A DNA stretch of 59,803 nucleotides, filler included, from Basidiobolus ranarum (Eukaryota): NCBI GenBank assembly GCA_040143965.1. It is 3 parts of 3 records of this genome, joined end to end, with 100 filler letters (N's around TTAATTAATTAA, not from the genome) between each part and the next. Parts side by side here need not be neighbours in the genome. Positions count along the whole stretch, not along the records: positions 1 to 19,886 come from JASJQH010000239.1; positions 19,987 to 39,860 come from JASJQH010000240.1; 1 more part is not named here. The stretch is one strand, 5' to 3'. The notes below the pieces were generated by a model. That model made no database searches. It saw only the letters and a program-made list of their open reading frames with translations, and was not told the DNA's origin. Positions 13,659 through 25,403 of this stretch are shown here, one piece after another (positions within the stretch are counted from its first letter, which is position 1; the number at the start of each line of letters is the position of its first letter). The translations under genes and the position numbers were made by a program.

Positions 13659-14281
13659 TTAAGGGCAAAGTGGGACAGAATCAAAGTTGTTCATTCCACG
13701 AAGTCTAGCAAATCCTTGAGTCCAATAATGTCCTCTAGGATCATAACCGCCGCCCATGTGAGTGAAAGAGGGCTTGAGGATATTAGCCCGATGAACTAGC
13801 AAATCAATAGCACTTTTAGTTTCCATTGATATGAAATATATATGTGTACTGCTATTATATGATTACCTGCTGAATGCATCCATACATACATAACCTGTTC
13901 TTCGCTTGTTTGTCCACGAGCAACATTCTCGCCATATTGCTCCCAACGCATCCCTTTATCTGACATTGTTCTAGGCATGGAGGAGTGGTCAATACGATCG
14001 TGGGTCATTCTGTGATATCTAGCCTGCATGACAGAATGCTGTTGGCACACATCATCTAAATCACTAAGATACAATAGGCGCGTGGCCCAAGGTTAGTAAA
14101 GTCTCACATCGGTTGAATTGCATCGAGTTGTACGTTACCGGCTTAAAACTAAAGGATGTAAGCCGCGGCCAACTCGCTCACGATTAACTAGACAAATCAA
14201 TCTTCTAGTAGAGATAGCGTTTACAAAAGCCAGAGAAGTCACCAGTAGGATGGTAAAGAGCATGATTTTTGTTGAGTACAT
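13659..14281 (-). CDS. Secreted CAP protein, tandem paralog of 12533-13171; 3 exons
   Basis: Signal peptide MYSTKIMLFTILLVTSLAFVNA, then LVNRERVGRG, GENVARGQ, WMHSAVHRANIL and YWTQGF. Intron positions match the neighbour. Confidence 0.85.
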
Positions 14282-14806
14282 GATTGGATGTTGTAAAGGT
14301 AAAGGTAAAGAGAAGTGTTGATGAATGGATGTTGGTCTAACCTGGTCAGTCCACTAATTATATACAACAACCGTGCCGAACTGTATGAGAATGAGTCGGT
14401 TACAAATCTCTTACTACAAAAGAAAGATGCATTGGGTGCATTACCGACTAGCATGAATAAATCCCGTGTTGTTATGTGACATTTACTAGTCGCGGCTGAC
14501 TGTTGCTAGGATTGTTTCGAAGCCTCACCATACGGCACATTGAGCTACTGCCGTAATATGGACGGAGGTTAATGTAATAGATCGGTTGATCAAGATCAAT
14601 AAATAATCCAATCTTGATCGGACATTTACCACTTAATCTACTTAACATGTTTATTGGATGTCAGAAGCTTTAACAAGCAAGTTCATTTACAGATATTTTC
14701 AATGTAAGCTGTGTGGTTTTAAAGCTCGTTTTCTTTTCAATTGAGAAATCAATGAGAAATGAAATGAATCGAGTGGTCAAGAAAATGGCTAGGGTTAGGG
14801 TTAAGG

Positions 14807-16021
14807 TTAAGCTGAAATTTCCATGACATCTTCTTTCACATCTACTAGACTGTAGATGTCCGTTTTCAAAACAGCTAAGTTGAAGGTAAAGATAAGTACA
14901 TTGATCAATTATCTTCTGAAAGTAAATAGATCAAATGGGAAATACCTGTAGTTCCAGGACTGAATGTGTAATTTAATTCCTTGACACCACGCTCGTTAGG
15001 TCTGGCGTAGTTACGCAGCATCTCGCATGTACCTTTTTCGATCACACATACATCGACGTTGGAACCAGATCCTAAATCATTGAAAATACCTGCCTCAATG
15101 GCATCTTTGACAAGCTCAATAGCATCTTGGCGCTAACACATATAATTGAATAAAACTCTGTTACTATCCACTAGCACAAATCGATCGTATACCATCATCT
15201 TCTACTTACTTCCATATCCTTTTTCCAACGACTTTCAAATACTGACATAGCAGCTAATGAACCTGAGCCCATAGTGACATAGGGCAACTTATCGGTACTA
15301 CCATGTGGGTAGATAGTAAAGAGTTGTGGTCCGTTAATATCGAAACCTCCAAGAACAAGGGCAGCACCAATATGACCTTGGTATCTAAGTTTGGTACGAA
15401 ATTGGATTGCTTTGTTAGTACGGTTTCATATTTCATCATTAAATGGAATATATGTACTTGAATAGCATCTGCTTCAACATGGTCATAGCAGTTACAACTC
15501 TAGCTTCACGACCAGTTGAAAGGCGGTGTAGTTCGAGTTGACTACTGATGAGAGCGGTAGTAAACTCGGTATCAGCAGCAGTACCTGCACCACAGCACCA
15601 CATATTAGGGGCTAGATAATGAATCTTTTCGCAATTTTTATCTGCGACAATGGGTCCTTCTGTAGCACGAGTATCGGCACCAAGTACAACACCATCCTAA
15701 TAGATCGCGGTATCATGTTAGAAATTTCTATCGGCTCAGTCAAACTCTTTACCACCAAAATATACTTTACCTTGAAAATTACGCCAACAATAGTTGTACC
15801 AGTCTTGGTAGCTTTAGGTAAAGGTAAACCCTTAGACTCAAGAACGGCATTTCTAAGATAAGGAATGAAATGAACGGAGAATATTCCTCTTATTAGTTAA
15901 AACATTCCCACTAGAAAAAGATGGCCTCAATTTAAGAGATAAAAGAGTCCATAGATTCACTTTACCTCTTGGCATTTTCGAAGCTAAAACCTCCTCTGGG
16001 TGATTCGTTTTGACGTTCCAT
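14807..16021 (-). CDS. PUP1: 20S proteasome subunit beta-2 (Pup1/PSMB7); multi-exon
   Basis: Propeptide, then [48 protein letters not shown] and [11 protein letters not shown]. Confidence 0.95.
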
Positions 16022-16316
16022 TATGATAAAATGAAAAGGAAATAAACTATAAAAAAAACTATATATATCACTTGATAATGGTACTCTAGATACTAATAAT
16101 ACGTATGCTAGTTTTACTAGTTTTCCATTCCTTCTACATCATCTAACGTTGTTCTGATTACGTAGTCTTGAATTCTTTTTTGTGATTATAGAATATTGGA
16201 TCTGATCTATTATCAACTGTACCGATATATTTGATCTTGGAAATCAGGCATGTAGATCGAGAACTATCATTTCACATATTTTATTTATTGCATTCTGATA
16301 TAATTTCTATTAGGAT

Positions 16317-16388
16317 GATTTGGCACCAATAATAATGATGATATTGGGAGGATTTGGCACCAATAATAATGATGGTATTGGGATGATT
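16317..16388. repeat. ~33-bp tandem duplication
   Basis: GATTTGGCACCAATAATAATGATG(A/G)TATTGGGA occurs twice. Confidence 0.8.
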
Positions 16389-16458
16389 TATTATAAATGG
16401 TAATTGATGATGCGTGGTAAACGTATGTACAGAGAACAAAGTCTGTTGAGTGGCATTT

Positions 16459-17448
16459 TTAGACTTCAAGGGACAGAGTTTCGTTAGAATAAAGATAGAT
16501 GTATTCTGTGTCAGTATACAGGTCGACTTGCCCTCCAATGATATAAACTTGATTTTGATGACTTAATACACTTGGTGAGACTCGAGGGCTACCGGGGAAT
16601 TTTGGGTAAGTGTTGTTCCATTGATTGTGAGTTAAATCGTATACTTCTGGTTGAGTACTCTCGGAAGTTATTATAAAGACTTTATCTTGGATCAAAGTTG
16701 CGGAGAAAACCTTAATCGAATCTGGTATTGGTTTTCCCTTGGACCAGGTATTTTCGACAGTGTCATAGATCTGAATTTCATTATAGTAGAGATACTGACC
16801 GGTTGTCAAGTACCTTCCACCAAATAGATACACATCTGTTCCAACAGTCACACATGCTGCCCCACCCACTGGTTGTGGTAAAGGCTTTCCTTCACTCCAG
16901 GTGTTGGATTTTATCGAGTAAATAAGGGTGGTGTTGTATGGAAGAGGGATATCACTGTTAGTAGGGAATCCTCCAAATAAGTAAATAGTTTCGTTCACAC
17001 TACAGGCAGCCGCGTCATAATAGGTATTGGGGAGAGGAGACAGCTCTTTCCAGGCATCCGATATAGGGGTGTAAGACCAAGTGTTTGAATAGCTGATTAG
17101 CTCTTCACCAGCCTGAGCTCCACCGATCAAGTACAGGGTATCATTGACTACCACTGAGGCAGCGCGCTCTCTAAGCTCAGGCGCATCCTTTCCAGCAGTC
17201 CAAGTATTGGCAGTGGTGGAGAAGATTCGGGTGGCTTTAGTGTCAAAAACATCACCACGGCGTGATCCTTCCTGGCCTCCAATAAGATATAGATTATCAC
17301 CGACGACTCCACCAGTCATCCAACCTACACCGCGGCCTGTTAAGTTGGAAGGTGTGGATGTAGGTAAATCAGCTAGTTTACTCCATTCACTAGCATTAAC
17401 TAGGAGGGAGCAATATACCCCGATGGAGAATGAGATTGGAAGCTTCAT
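16459..17448 (-). CDS. Secreted Kelch-repeat beta-propeller protein, intronless
   Basis: N-terminal hydrophobic signal and about six repeats of LY(L/I)(I/F)GG...Y...W. Confidence 0.88.
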   Translation of the reverse strand: MKLPISFSIGVYCSLLVNASEWSKLADLPTSTPSNLTGRGVGWMTGGVVGDNLYLIGGQEGSRRGDVFDTKATRIFSTTANTWTAGKDAPELRERAASVVVNDTLYLIGGAQAGEELISYSNTWSYTPISDAWKELSPLPNTYYDAAACSVNETIYLFGGFPTNSDIPLPYNTTLIYSIKSNTWSEGKPLPQPVGGAACVTVGTDVYLFGGRYLTTGQYLYYNEIQIYDTVENTWSKGKPIPDSIKVFSATLIQDKVFIITSESTQPEVYDLTHNQWNNTYPKFPGSPRVSPSVLSHQNQVYIIGGQVDLYTDTEYIYLYSNETLSLEV

Positions 17449-18388
17449 AATGAAATGTATATTTGGCCCGATTACGAGTCACCTGAGATTTGTCTCTGAC
17501 TTTTATACCTTCAGAACTTCATTTATTTTCTTACCACTTCCATTGGCGTACAACCTGACTCAGCTATACGTCATGTGAGTCTCGGTATAGGATGAGTGAA
17601 GTGACCTATCCGTTTGGATTTCGAGTAGAGATGGCCAATTAAAGTGAACCGCCTCCATCGAGACTGGGATTTATACCATTCAGCCCATCTAAATCCAACC
17701 AAGTAGTAATCCAATTATCTGCGACAACAATACCACAACAATACCACCTGAATCGGAATTGGAATATGGTAATCACCGTCATTTCCCAATGGAAATAATT
17801 CCCCTGTGATTTATCTAAAATAGTGAATGATGTAATGATTACTGTGTTCTGTTGAAAAACTTCGGATCGGGGGTTGGTTCAATTTCATCGTTGATTTTGA
17901 AAACTTGGAAACTCAAATCCAATTCTAATGGGTATTAAGTGAAAACGTTTCGTTGGATATTATTACTAGGGATTACGGAGACTTGAAATGAGTCTCAACA
18001 CCGTGCACACATTCTGATGGATAGAATATCACTAAGAATATCAGTTAATAACTAAAATGAAAGTACAATTTCAAGTAATATCTGATTGGCAAATTATTTC
18101 AACGGGTTTTTGCGATTGTAGAAATAAACTAACATAAGAATGTCTGATGAAAAATATGCTATTTTGCAGTATTCATCAGATTTCGCTTGTATCTAAATAT
18201 GGGATATTCTGTAGTATATTCACCCTGTAGCATTGATTTTGTTCCTACTAGTCTACTTGTATTGTTCAACTCAGCTTCTTACACATCATGTAACTTACTT
18301 GCTTGATTTGGCATACTTGCTACAAATATCAACAAGTCATTTTTATTACTAATTCTGTACCTAATTTAGTACAGTAAAAAGCAAGCTT

Positions 18389-18525
18389 ACATTCTGCGCG
18401 TTTGTTTGTTTACATCTTGACAAAACTATAAATGTCAACTTTCTACTCAATAAATCAATAAGTGAAAACCACCAATTCCTCTAATTCTCCAAACCACTTC
18501 CAACAGGCTCCCAAATACTTTAACA
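18389..18525. mobile_element. Truncated LTR (3' part, same family as 8625 and 9433)
   Basis: Shares CTTGACAAAACTATAAATGTCAACTTTCTACTCAATAA...CCAAATACTTTAACA with the full copies. Confidence 0.8.
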
Positions 18526-18559
18526 AATAACAAGTCATGCCCATTATAAAAATACAGAG

Positions 18560-18900
18560 ATATTTGCAATGATAGTGCTTATGTTAAAATTAACTTCAAT
18601 AGTAGAGAGAAATTGCAAAAATTTCATTTGGTCCTGATTAGCTAACAGAATCTCATCACAAAATGGGACAAAACTGATTTCCAACCATGAAAAACTGGTT
18701 TGCAACTCACCCAATCTATTACTACGCCATATTGTCAATTATTCATTGTTTGCAAATCATGTAAAATCTTGTGACTAACTTCATGGTGTTTATCACCAGG
18801 CATAGTGAAATATTTAGGTTTTATTCTTTATATTCCAACCAAATCAAGCTGCTCTTCCACTATGAAAAATACACCTCTAAAAAAACCTTTCTTTTATTGC
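18560..18900 (-). mobile_element. Degenerate copia RT C-terminus / RNase H relic
   Basis: Minus-strand KYFTMPGDKHHEVSHKILHDLQT resembles the copia RYMSNPG..HW.A.KRILRYLKGT motif. LSTIEV downstream resembles LSTTEAE. Confidence 0.4.
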
Positions 18901-19029
18901 CTATATTCTTACTAAGCTTAGCTGCTTCTATATAGAACATTGAGCCTGCAAGTGTAGAGGAATATATACCTTGGTACATTACATAAGTTACTCTAAAGAA
19001 TCCACTGCAGAATCACCATACACCTGCTT

Positions 19030-19700
19030 ATGTTTCTAATTGAACATAGAGGGAATCCAGCATTACCTCACCATTGCTGGTCTAAGTTCTCTAGAAATTC
19101 CTTTTCCTGAATTTTACTTGGTGCATGTTTTACAGTTTCAGCAAAAAGGCAAACAGCCTGGTTCTGCTTGTTTACCTACTTTGGTTTTAAAATACTAATC
19201 AACAGCCTCTAAATACCTATTGTTGCTTTAATGGTTGCTTTTGGCTTATCAGTGTTATTTACATGAGAAATGTAGAGAAAAGTTTGGTGATTTGGTGAAC
19301 CAAAGAAACAGTTAAGTGCATTGGCTTTAGATAGGTCTTCACTAAACAAATATAGTGTCAGAAAGGCATGCTGGCCAATCATCCCAACTAACTCAAATCT
19401 TCCCTCTTTGGAATAGTATAAGAATGATAATATTATAGATCACATATAGATACAAATTATCTATTCTCATTGATAGCTTCTTGGAGCAATTGTTTGGTGA
19501 ATATAAATCCTAACAAAGCTAAAATTAATTTAATCTAGATTTGATCCACTCTTCAGGGGCACAAAACCATCAGATGACTGTCACAATATTAATGTCTTGT
19601 ATTGTTCTAGAGATTTTCCTAGTATGACAGTAGCTTCTTAATGGTATTGTGATGGTAATCACACATGGTGAAACATTAATCCTCCATATTTGGCAAGCAT
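19030..19700 (+). mobile_element. Degenerate copia integrase / reverse transcriptase relic
   Basis: Fragments GIQHYLT, KVW*, KCIGFR*VFTK (cf. IGCRWVFTKK), HQMTV (cf. HQMDV) and a frameshifted FLNG occur in copia order. Many stops; CpG-poor. Confidence 0.55.
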
Positions 19701-19886
19701 AATTTAATTTCCCACAATTTTTGGAAAAAACCTATTTTTGAATGGCAAATTTCTGGGTTTACTGCAATAGGAATTCAGATTATGTTGGAGGATCTTGACA
19801 TAATGGGGGGTAGACTTTGAGTATTAGAAGCAACTTATGATGGTGTGTTTTTTAGTTAGTTTATTCTTAAGAGTATATGGTGACTT

Positions 19887-19986
19887 NNNNNNNNNNNNNN
19901 NNNNNNNNNNNNNNNNNNNNNNNNNNNNNNTTAATTAATTAANNNNNNNNNNNNNNNNNNNNNNNNNNNNNNNNNNNNNNNNNNNN
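19887..19986. other. Assembly spacer (N44-TTAATTAATTAA-N44)
   Basis: Six-frame-stop linker inside Ns; an artificial contig join. Confidence 0.97.
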
Positions 19987-20029
19987 TATCCCCGAATAGT
20001 AAAATACGCGGAGCACAATATTCAAGCAT

Positions 20030-20939
20030 CTAGCCAAGTGATGGAAATGCTGATTTGTCATGAACGTTGACACCAGAGTTGCGACCCCCGCGACCACTAC
20101 GACCTTCGTAGCCATGCTTACTGCGAGTATCGGTAAAACGTTGCTCAATACCAACGTAAACCTTGTCCTTCTTCTCCTTCTTTGCTTTGGATTTTTTGTT
20201 ACTGGCAGTGGAGAAGTACTCGGCATCTTCTTTTTCAAGTGGTACACCACTTTTCCATTGGGTGTCGTCAACTCCTTCATTAGGTTTGCGCGCTTCTGGA
20301 AGGGCTATACCCTTTGCAGTGAGTTTATTGGTCTTTTCAGCATAATATTCATCAAGAGTCTTGGAAGGATCCTCGGGTTCAGCAATAGTCAATTTTTCTA
20401 TTTGATTTTCAAATCTTCCTTCTCCTTTATTCTCGAGAGCAGCCTTTTCGCCCTCTTGAATATCGGTATTGGCATCTCCCCATGACTGATGAATCTTCTT
20501 CTCAGAGTCAACCTTGCCTGTGGCTGATTTACGGTCATATTCACGACCACGACCACCGAAGCCACCGCGACCACCCTGACGAGTACCCTCAGAGCGACCA
20601 CCTCTTCCTTGTTTAGAGGCGGAGAAATCTCTGTCGGTATAATCACGACGAGCTATACAAGAGATAGTTTTAATACCGAGAGGAATATCATAGACGAGAT
20701 ATTAATAAGTCAAAAAGCTTTTAAAGTAAAAATAAATATTTACCTTCAGTACGAGGGACGGGGACTACTCGTTTCCCACCACGCTGAGGATAGTCAGAGC
20801 GAGGTTTAGGTTCCACTTTCTTTTCAGTTTTCTTGGCAGTGGTTGAAGTTTTCTTGTCAGTCTTTTGAGGGACTATGCGTGAACCTTCTTCACCATCTTC
20901 ATTCAACAAGTCATAGGGGTTTCTGGAGACAACAGACAT
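20030..20939 (-). CDS. STM1: Stm1/SERBP1-like ribosome-associated RNA-binding protein (Stm1_N + HABP4/PAI-RBP1); 2 coding exons
   Basis: Starts MSVVSRNPYDLL, has an RGG-rich region with REYDRKSATG, KTLDEY, and ends DKSAFPSLG. Intron ~20653-20743. Confidence 0.8.
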
Positions 20940-21748
20940 TTTTACGGGGTAGATAAAGTAATAAGTAACGATAGATAAAGGGGTGTAAGTCTTTTATCCC
21001 AAGTACTAAAGACTATTAGAAACCAAGCAAATACAACCTTCAATAGGTAGGTGAGAGGGAGAAAGGGATTGAAATGGAATAGCAGCGATACTCAATGCTC
21101 CAGGATTTCTGACGTTGCTCACTCTGGCCATCGTCTGCTCACCCCTTTTGACCATTCTGTACGGTTCTAATTGGATGGTGATGAGCAACCCGGTCACCAG
21201 GAATGGAATATGAGCATTTGAATAAAGACTTGATATTACAAACAACTACCCCAATCTACTAACTTACTTCCCAGGACTAAAAGCCACTTATTTCATCTGC
21301 TGAGTAGAACCCATAAACCCATAATTATGTTAGGATCATTCTTATTCTATACGCATATGCCCAGATACCTGATTGTATGATAAAAATCGATTCTCTATTA
21401 TGCTAATGATAATTAAGGTTGTACATTTTAGGAAATGATAGACTTATTGGTGGATTGTTGTATTCTGTGATTGAGCAATGAGATGGCAATACATACGTAT
21501 ATTATCTTGTGGCATCGCTGCTACTATATAATGTATTGTCATATGAATGCTCCTCCTTCAGAAACACGCTGGTATCAAGTGGCTTCAACAGAACATACTT
21601 GAAACTCAATAGGATTGGGTAAAAAATCCCAGAAGTCAATCTTGAAACATTATTATGTCGGCAATTTGTTTTACTTGATATAAATATGTAAGACCATGAC
21701 CGGACTCAGGGAACAGTTTCTGTTTTAAATTAGCCACCTTCTTTGATA

Positions 21749-22537
21749 ATGGGTTGTTTGAGTACTCGCGTCTATCCCAGAAAACTACTACTCCTTGGAG
21801 ATGGAGCATGTGGTAAAACCTCTGCATTGAACGTATTTACTAGAGATTATTTCCCAGAGGTAATGTTGTCAAGACTAAATTTGGATTCTAGTGGATACTA
21901 ACCAATTTTACGAATTTTACAATAGGATTACGAGCCTACGGTATTTGAGAACTACGTTCACGATGTCAACGTAGACGGAAAAGTTGTAGAGTTATCGCTA
22001 TGGGATACTGCAGGTATGTGTATGCTTTTGTTCTATCCCGTATCATCACACACAGAACTTATTAATTTCGCTTAGGCCAAGAAGAATTTGATCGTCTCCG
22101 CTCTTTAAGCTATGCACATACACACGTCGTAATGATTTGTTTCTCAGTGGATAATCGTGACTCTTTGGATAACGTAGAAACAAAATGGCTCTATGAGATT
22201 CTTGAATATTCTCCTGGAGTCAAAGTAATCCTTGCCGCACTCAAGTGTGACCTTAGAGAGGACGAGGAGACGATACGATACATGGGTAAAATGAGAGAGC
22301 ACCCAGTAACTTATGAAGAGGTAACAGTGGCATTTACTTTACCCAATTAGGCATATATATTAACTAAAATACTTCTGAAACCAGGGATTGCAGATGGCTA
22401 GGCGCATACAAGCAGTCAAGTACGTTGAATGCTCAGCCAAGTACAAGGTTGGAGTTAAAGAGTCATTTGAAGAAGCAGCCAGGGTTGCCGTTGGTGTTCG
22501 TGTTAGTGACAGAGAGAAAAAATGCTTAGTAATGTAA
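21749..22537 (+). CDS. RHO3: Rho3-type small GTPase; 4 coding exons
   Basis: MGC N-terminus, [47 protein letters not shown], and C-terminal CAAX (CLVM). Confidence 0.88.
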
Positions 22538-23077
22538 ATTCCGTTCACCTTGTACATTCTGATGACAAGAACACAATAGAAAAACTAGAATATTCCCTTG
22601 ACTTTATCTTTTGACATCCAACTCTAGAGTACCTTCAATCTATCCTAGCCACCTCAAATTGTCTAACCAGTAGTAGAACCTATTTCCTCAATTGGAATGT
22701 GCTGACTTGAGCTTGTAGACAGTCACTATGCATACTTGGTGACTTGTATTACCTATAGATTCGTTTCATCTTCTGCACTTGGCATTTGAGCTATTTTGAT
22801 TTTATAGCCTCAACCCTAACCCTAGCCCATACCTCATTTCCATCATCAGCTTTACATTGCTTCATATTTAATCAGCAATAGAGATAGCGAGTTAGATTGT
22901 CTGTCTTTCGACTACTGCACTAATCTCATCAGCACACTAACAATAAAACAAGGTATCTAGAGAGAAGCAAATATATACGGCCCACTTTTTGTTCTCATAA
23001 TCACCAACAGACTCCTATTCGTATTTAGAGATATTTAGGAAAAGGTATCGTGCTTAAAAATCAACTCAATTTCAGGG

Positions 23078-23154
23078 CACGTGATTAAGATCTAACTCCT
23101 CAGAAAAAAATTACTCAAAACTGTTGCGGTGTGTTTGGGTAGTTCTTTCTCTTC
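23078..23154 (+). promoter_or_regulatory. RPS16 core promoter module: CACGTG E-box plus GTAGTTCTTTCTCTTC pyrimidine initiator
   Basis: The same two motifs with near-identical spacing occur upstream of RPL32 (31472-31551). Confidence 0.55.
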
Positions 23155-23266
23155 TGAACTCAGTTCACTTCATCTGTAGACAAGGTACCTTATCAAATCC
23201 ATCCGTTCATTTATGCTAGTTGGGAATGAGCTAATCGATATTTCCAATGGTTTTTAGTCTAGATAA

Positions 23267-23783
23267 ATGCAGGCTGTTCAAACTTTCGGTCGTAAGGTTT
23301 GTGTCTTAGAATTCTAATGATTCAGTCTGGTTCGAAGCCAACCATGAAGATACATTTTTATTGACGATTGAATATATTTTCGCACATTAGAAAACTGCCA
23401 CCGCTGTTGCTTTTTGCAAGAGTGGAAAGGGTATGATCCGTATCAATGGGTCTCCCATTGAACTTGTTGAACCCGAAATCCTCAAATTCAAGGTCTACGA
23501 ACCCATTCTTATTCTTGGTGAAGACAAATTCGCCAACGTTGACATCCGCGTTCGCGTTCGTGGTGGTGGTCACACTTCCCAAATCTACGCCATTCGTCAA
23601 GCTATTGCTAAGGCTATCGTTGCTTTCTATCAAAAGTTTGTTGATGAAGCCTCCAAGAAGGAACTCAAGGAGAAGCTTATCGCTTATGACAGAACTTTAC
23701 TTGTCGCCGATCCTAGACGTTGTGAACCTAAGAAGTTTGGTGGTCCCGGTGCCCGTGCCAGATACCAAAAATCTTACCGTTAA
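23267..23783 (+). CDS. RPS16: 40S ribosomal protein S16 (uS9); 2 coding exons
   Basis: [10 protein letters not shown], intron 23297-23390, then KTATAVA...[24 protein letters not shown]. Confidence 0.97.
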
Positions 23784-24455
23784 TTTATCTTATTACATGT
23801 TTGTGGACGAACCTGGTTTTGTCGTCATTTTTCAGTCTCATTTTTATTGCTGCGAGATCGTACGGGAACCTAATAAACTTGTTTATATGCCAAATACACA
23901 CAGATTCGGTTCATTATGGTTGTGGAAGTAAAGATAGCTAATTGAAAAGTAGCCGGCAGAATGGTAACTTGTAATACATTTAGCTCTTGAGTTCTTTACG
24001 TATCCTTTTTTGCCCAAATTACATCCATCCATTATACTAAACGAATAGCGGCAATCATTAACTGGGTGCAACTAGAGCTGGTTTCATCAATCGAAGTTCC
24101 ATTTCTACTAGTGAAAGTATTTTTTATAACTGATAGCATAACAAAATTGGTAGAGATAACATGACCAGTAAATAAATACGTATTGACAGAATCGGTATTC
24201 TTAGTGTGTACAAGAAAGGGTCATAAATAGTTATGAGAAAAGGTGGTAGTTTCGTTAATTAAGGTTACATTAGATGAAAGTAGTTCAAAGTAATTTCAGA
24301 GCATTAAAATCTGAGAACGATTCGGCAATATCGGATTCGGTCATTGCAATATGGACTGTTGAATCAGGCTCTAGTGAGCTCTCTTGCCAGCTATTTGAGG
24401 TTTGTTGTGTATATGGCTGCTCATCCCTACTAAAGAGCCCAGATATCGACCATCG

Positions 24456-25403
24456 TCAAACAGAATTGGTTTGGCCTCGATTGCATTTTAGTCGATCTTT
24501 GGCATATTCCAAAAAATCTACAAGCGCAGCTGTTACCACAGGATCGAAGACAAAGACTAAGGCGGTCAACACACCAGTTGAGGAGGCTAGTAATTCGGCA
24601 ATGATCCAAACTATGGCATCCAATGTCGAGATATATTTCTTGTATACTGGGCTTGCTACAGAGTATCCTATGGTTTGGATGGTGAAAGAAAGTATCGACG
24701 GGAGAAATGTAAGGATCGGCACTACGACATACATGGTAATTCTAAAACTGACTCGACGGAGTTTTTGGCTTATTGTCCGTCCGTATTTTTCCATTGTCAT
24801 GTGCATATCAGTTTCGTGTCGCCCTAGTAGGCGTATCACTCGGATAACCACATACAAAGAATACACTAATCCAAGCAACATCCATAAATAGCTCGATAGC
24901 CATTGAATCCACCCAGCGCTTGGATTCAAGGCAAAATCTGCAAGCCAGCATACCCCAGTCGCAATACTGTATATGCTACAGATCAAGGTAATCACCAAGG
25001 CAATAGAGAGAGCGAAGGGAACATACCACAACTGGGCCCTTTTGACTTCATTTCGTTGACGTATCAAAATCATATCCAGATTGTATGCAATAGTTGCTGT
25101 CGTGAAGACAGCCATTAGTTTGGAGAAATTGGCAACGGAGCGAATCACTCGGCAAGAGATAGTAGGAGCCATAGAGTATACTAAGACATGAGTATTGACG
25201 ATATTGGCTATGTGAAATACTAGCTCATAGAAAGCAACAAATAGTGCCAATTTGAAAGAAACTTTGTTTGTAATCTGACGCCGAGTAGATAAGAGTGATA
25301 TCCCTGTTATAACAACAAAACCTGTAGCTACAGTAGAGCAAATGCTCGTCACTTGTACAATGTCTATTGTGGTTGAAAGCAAACGGTTGAGAAGTGTATC
25401 CAT
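24456..25403 (-). CDS. Seven-transmembrane GPCR-like protein (cAMP receptor / Git3-like class)
   Basis: About seven hydrophobic segments, a Cys at the start of TM3, CW in ECL2, YVVVPILTFLP in TM6 and STGVLTALVFVFDP in TM7. Intronless; the frame stays open for 56 codons after the stop. Confidence 0.75.
   Translation of the reverse strand: MDTLLNRLLSTTIDIVQVTSICSTVATGFVVITGISLLSTRRQITNKVSFKLALFVAFYELVFHIANIVNTHVLVYSMAPTISCRVIRSVANFSKLMAVFTTATIAYNLDMILIRQRNEVKRAQLWYVPFALSIALVITLICSIYSIATGVCWLADFALNPSAGWIQWLSSYLWMLLGLVYSLYVVIRVIRLLGRHETDMHMTMEKYGRTISQKLRRVSFRITMYVVVPILTFLPSILSFTIQTIGYSVASPVYKKYISTLDAIVWIIAELLASSTGVLTALVFVFDPVVTAALVDFLEYAKDRLKCNRGQTNSV

Noticed and set aside
23297-23390. GGTTCGA in the RPS16 intron (tRNA T-loop-like) and a possible intronic snoRNA
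   Set aside because: No cloverleaf and no C/D or H/ACA boxes. No tRNA, rRNA or snRNA was recognised anywhere in the window by eye.
24274-24891. 205-aa plus-strand ORF
   Set aside because: Antisense shadow of the 7TM gene. The same applies to antisense ORFs over FAS1, RPL32, RPS16, PRC1, the NRPS and SDH1.
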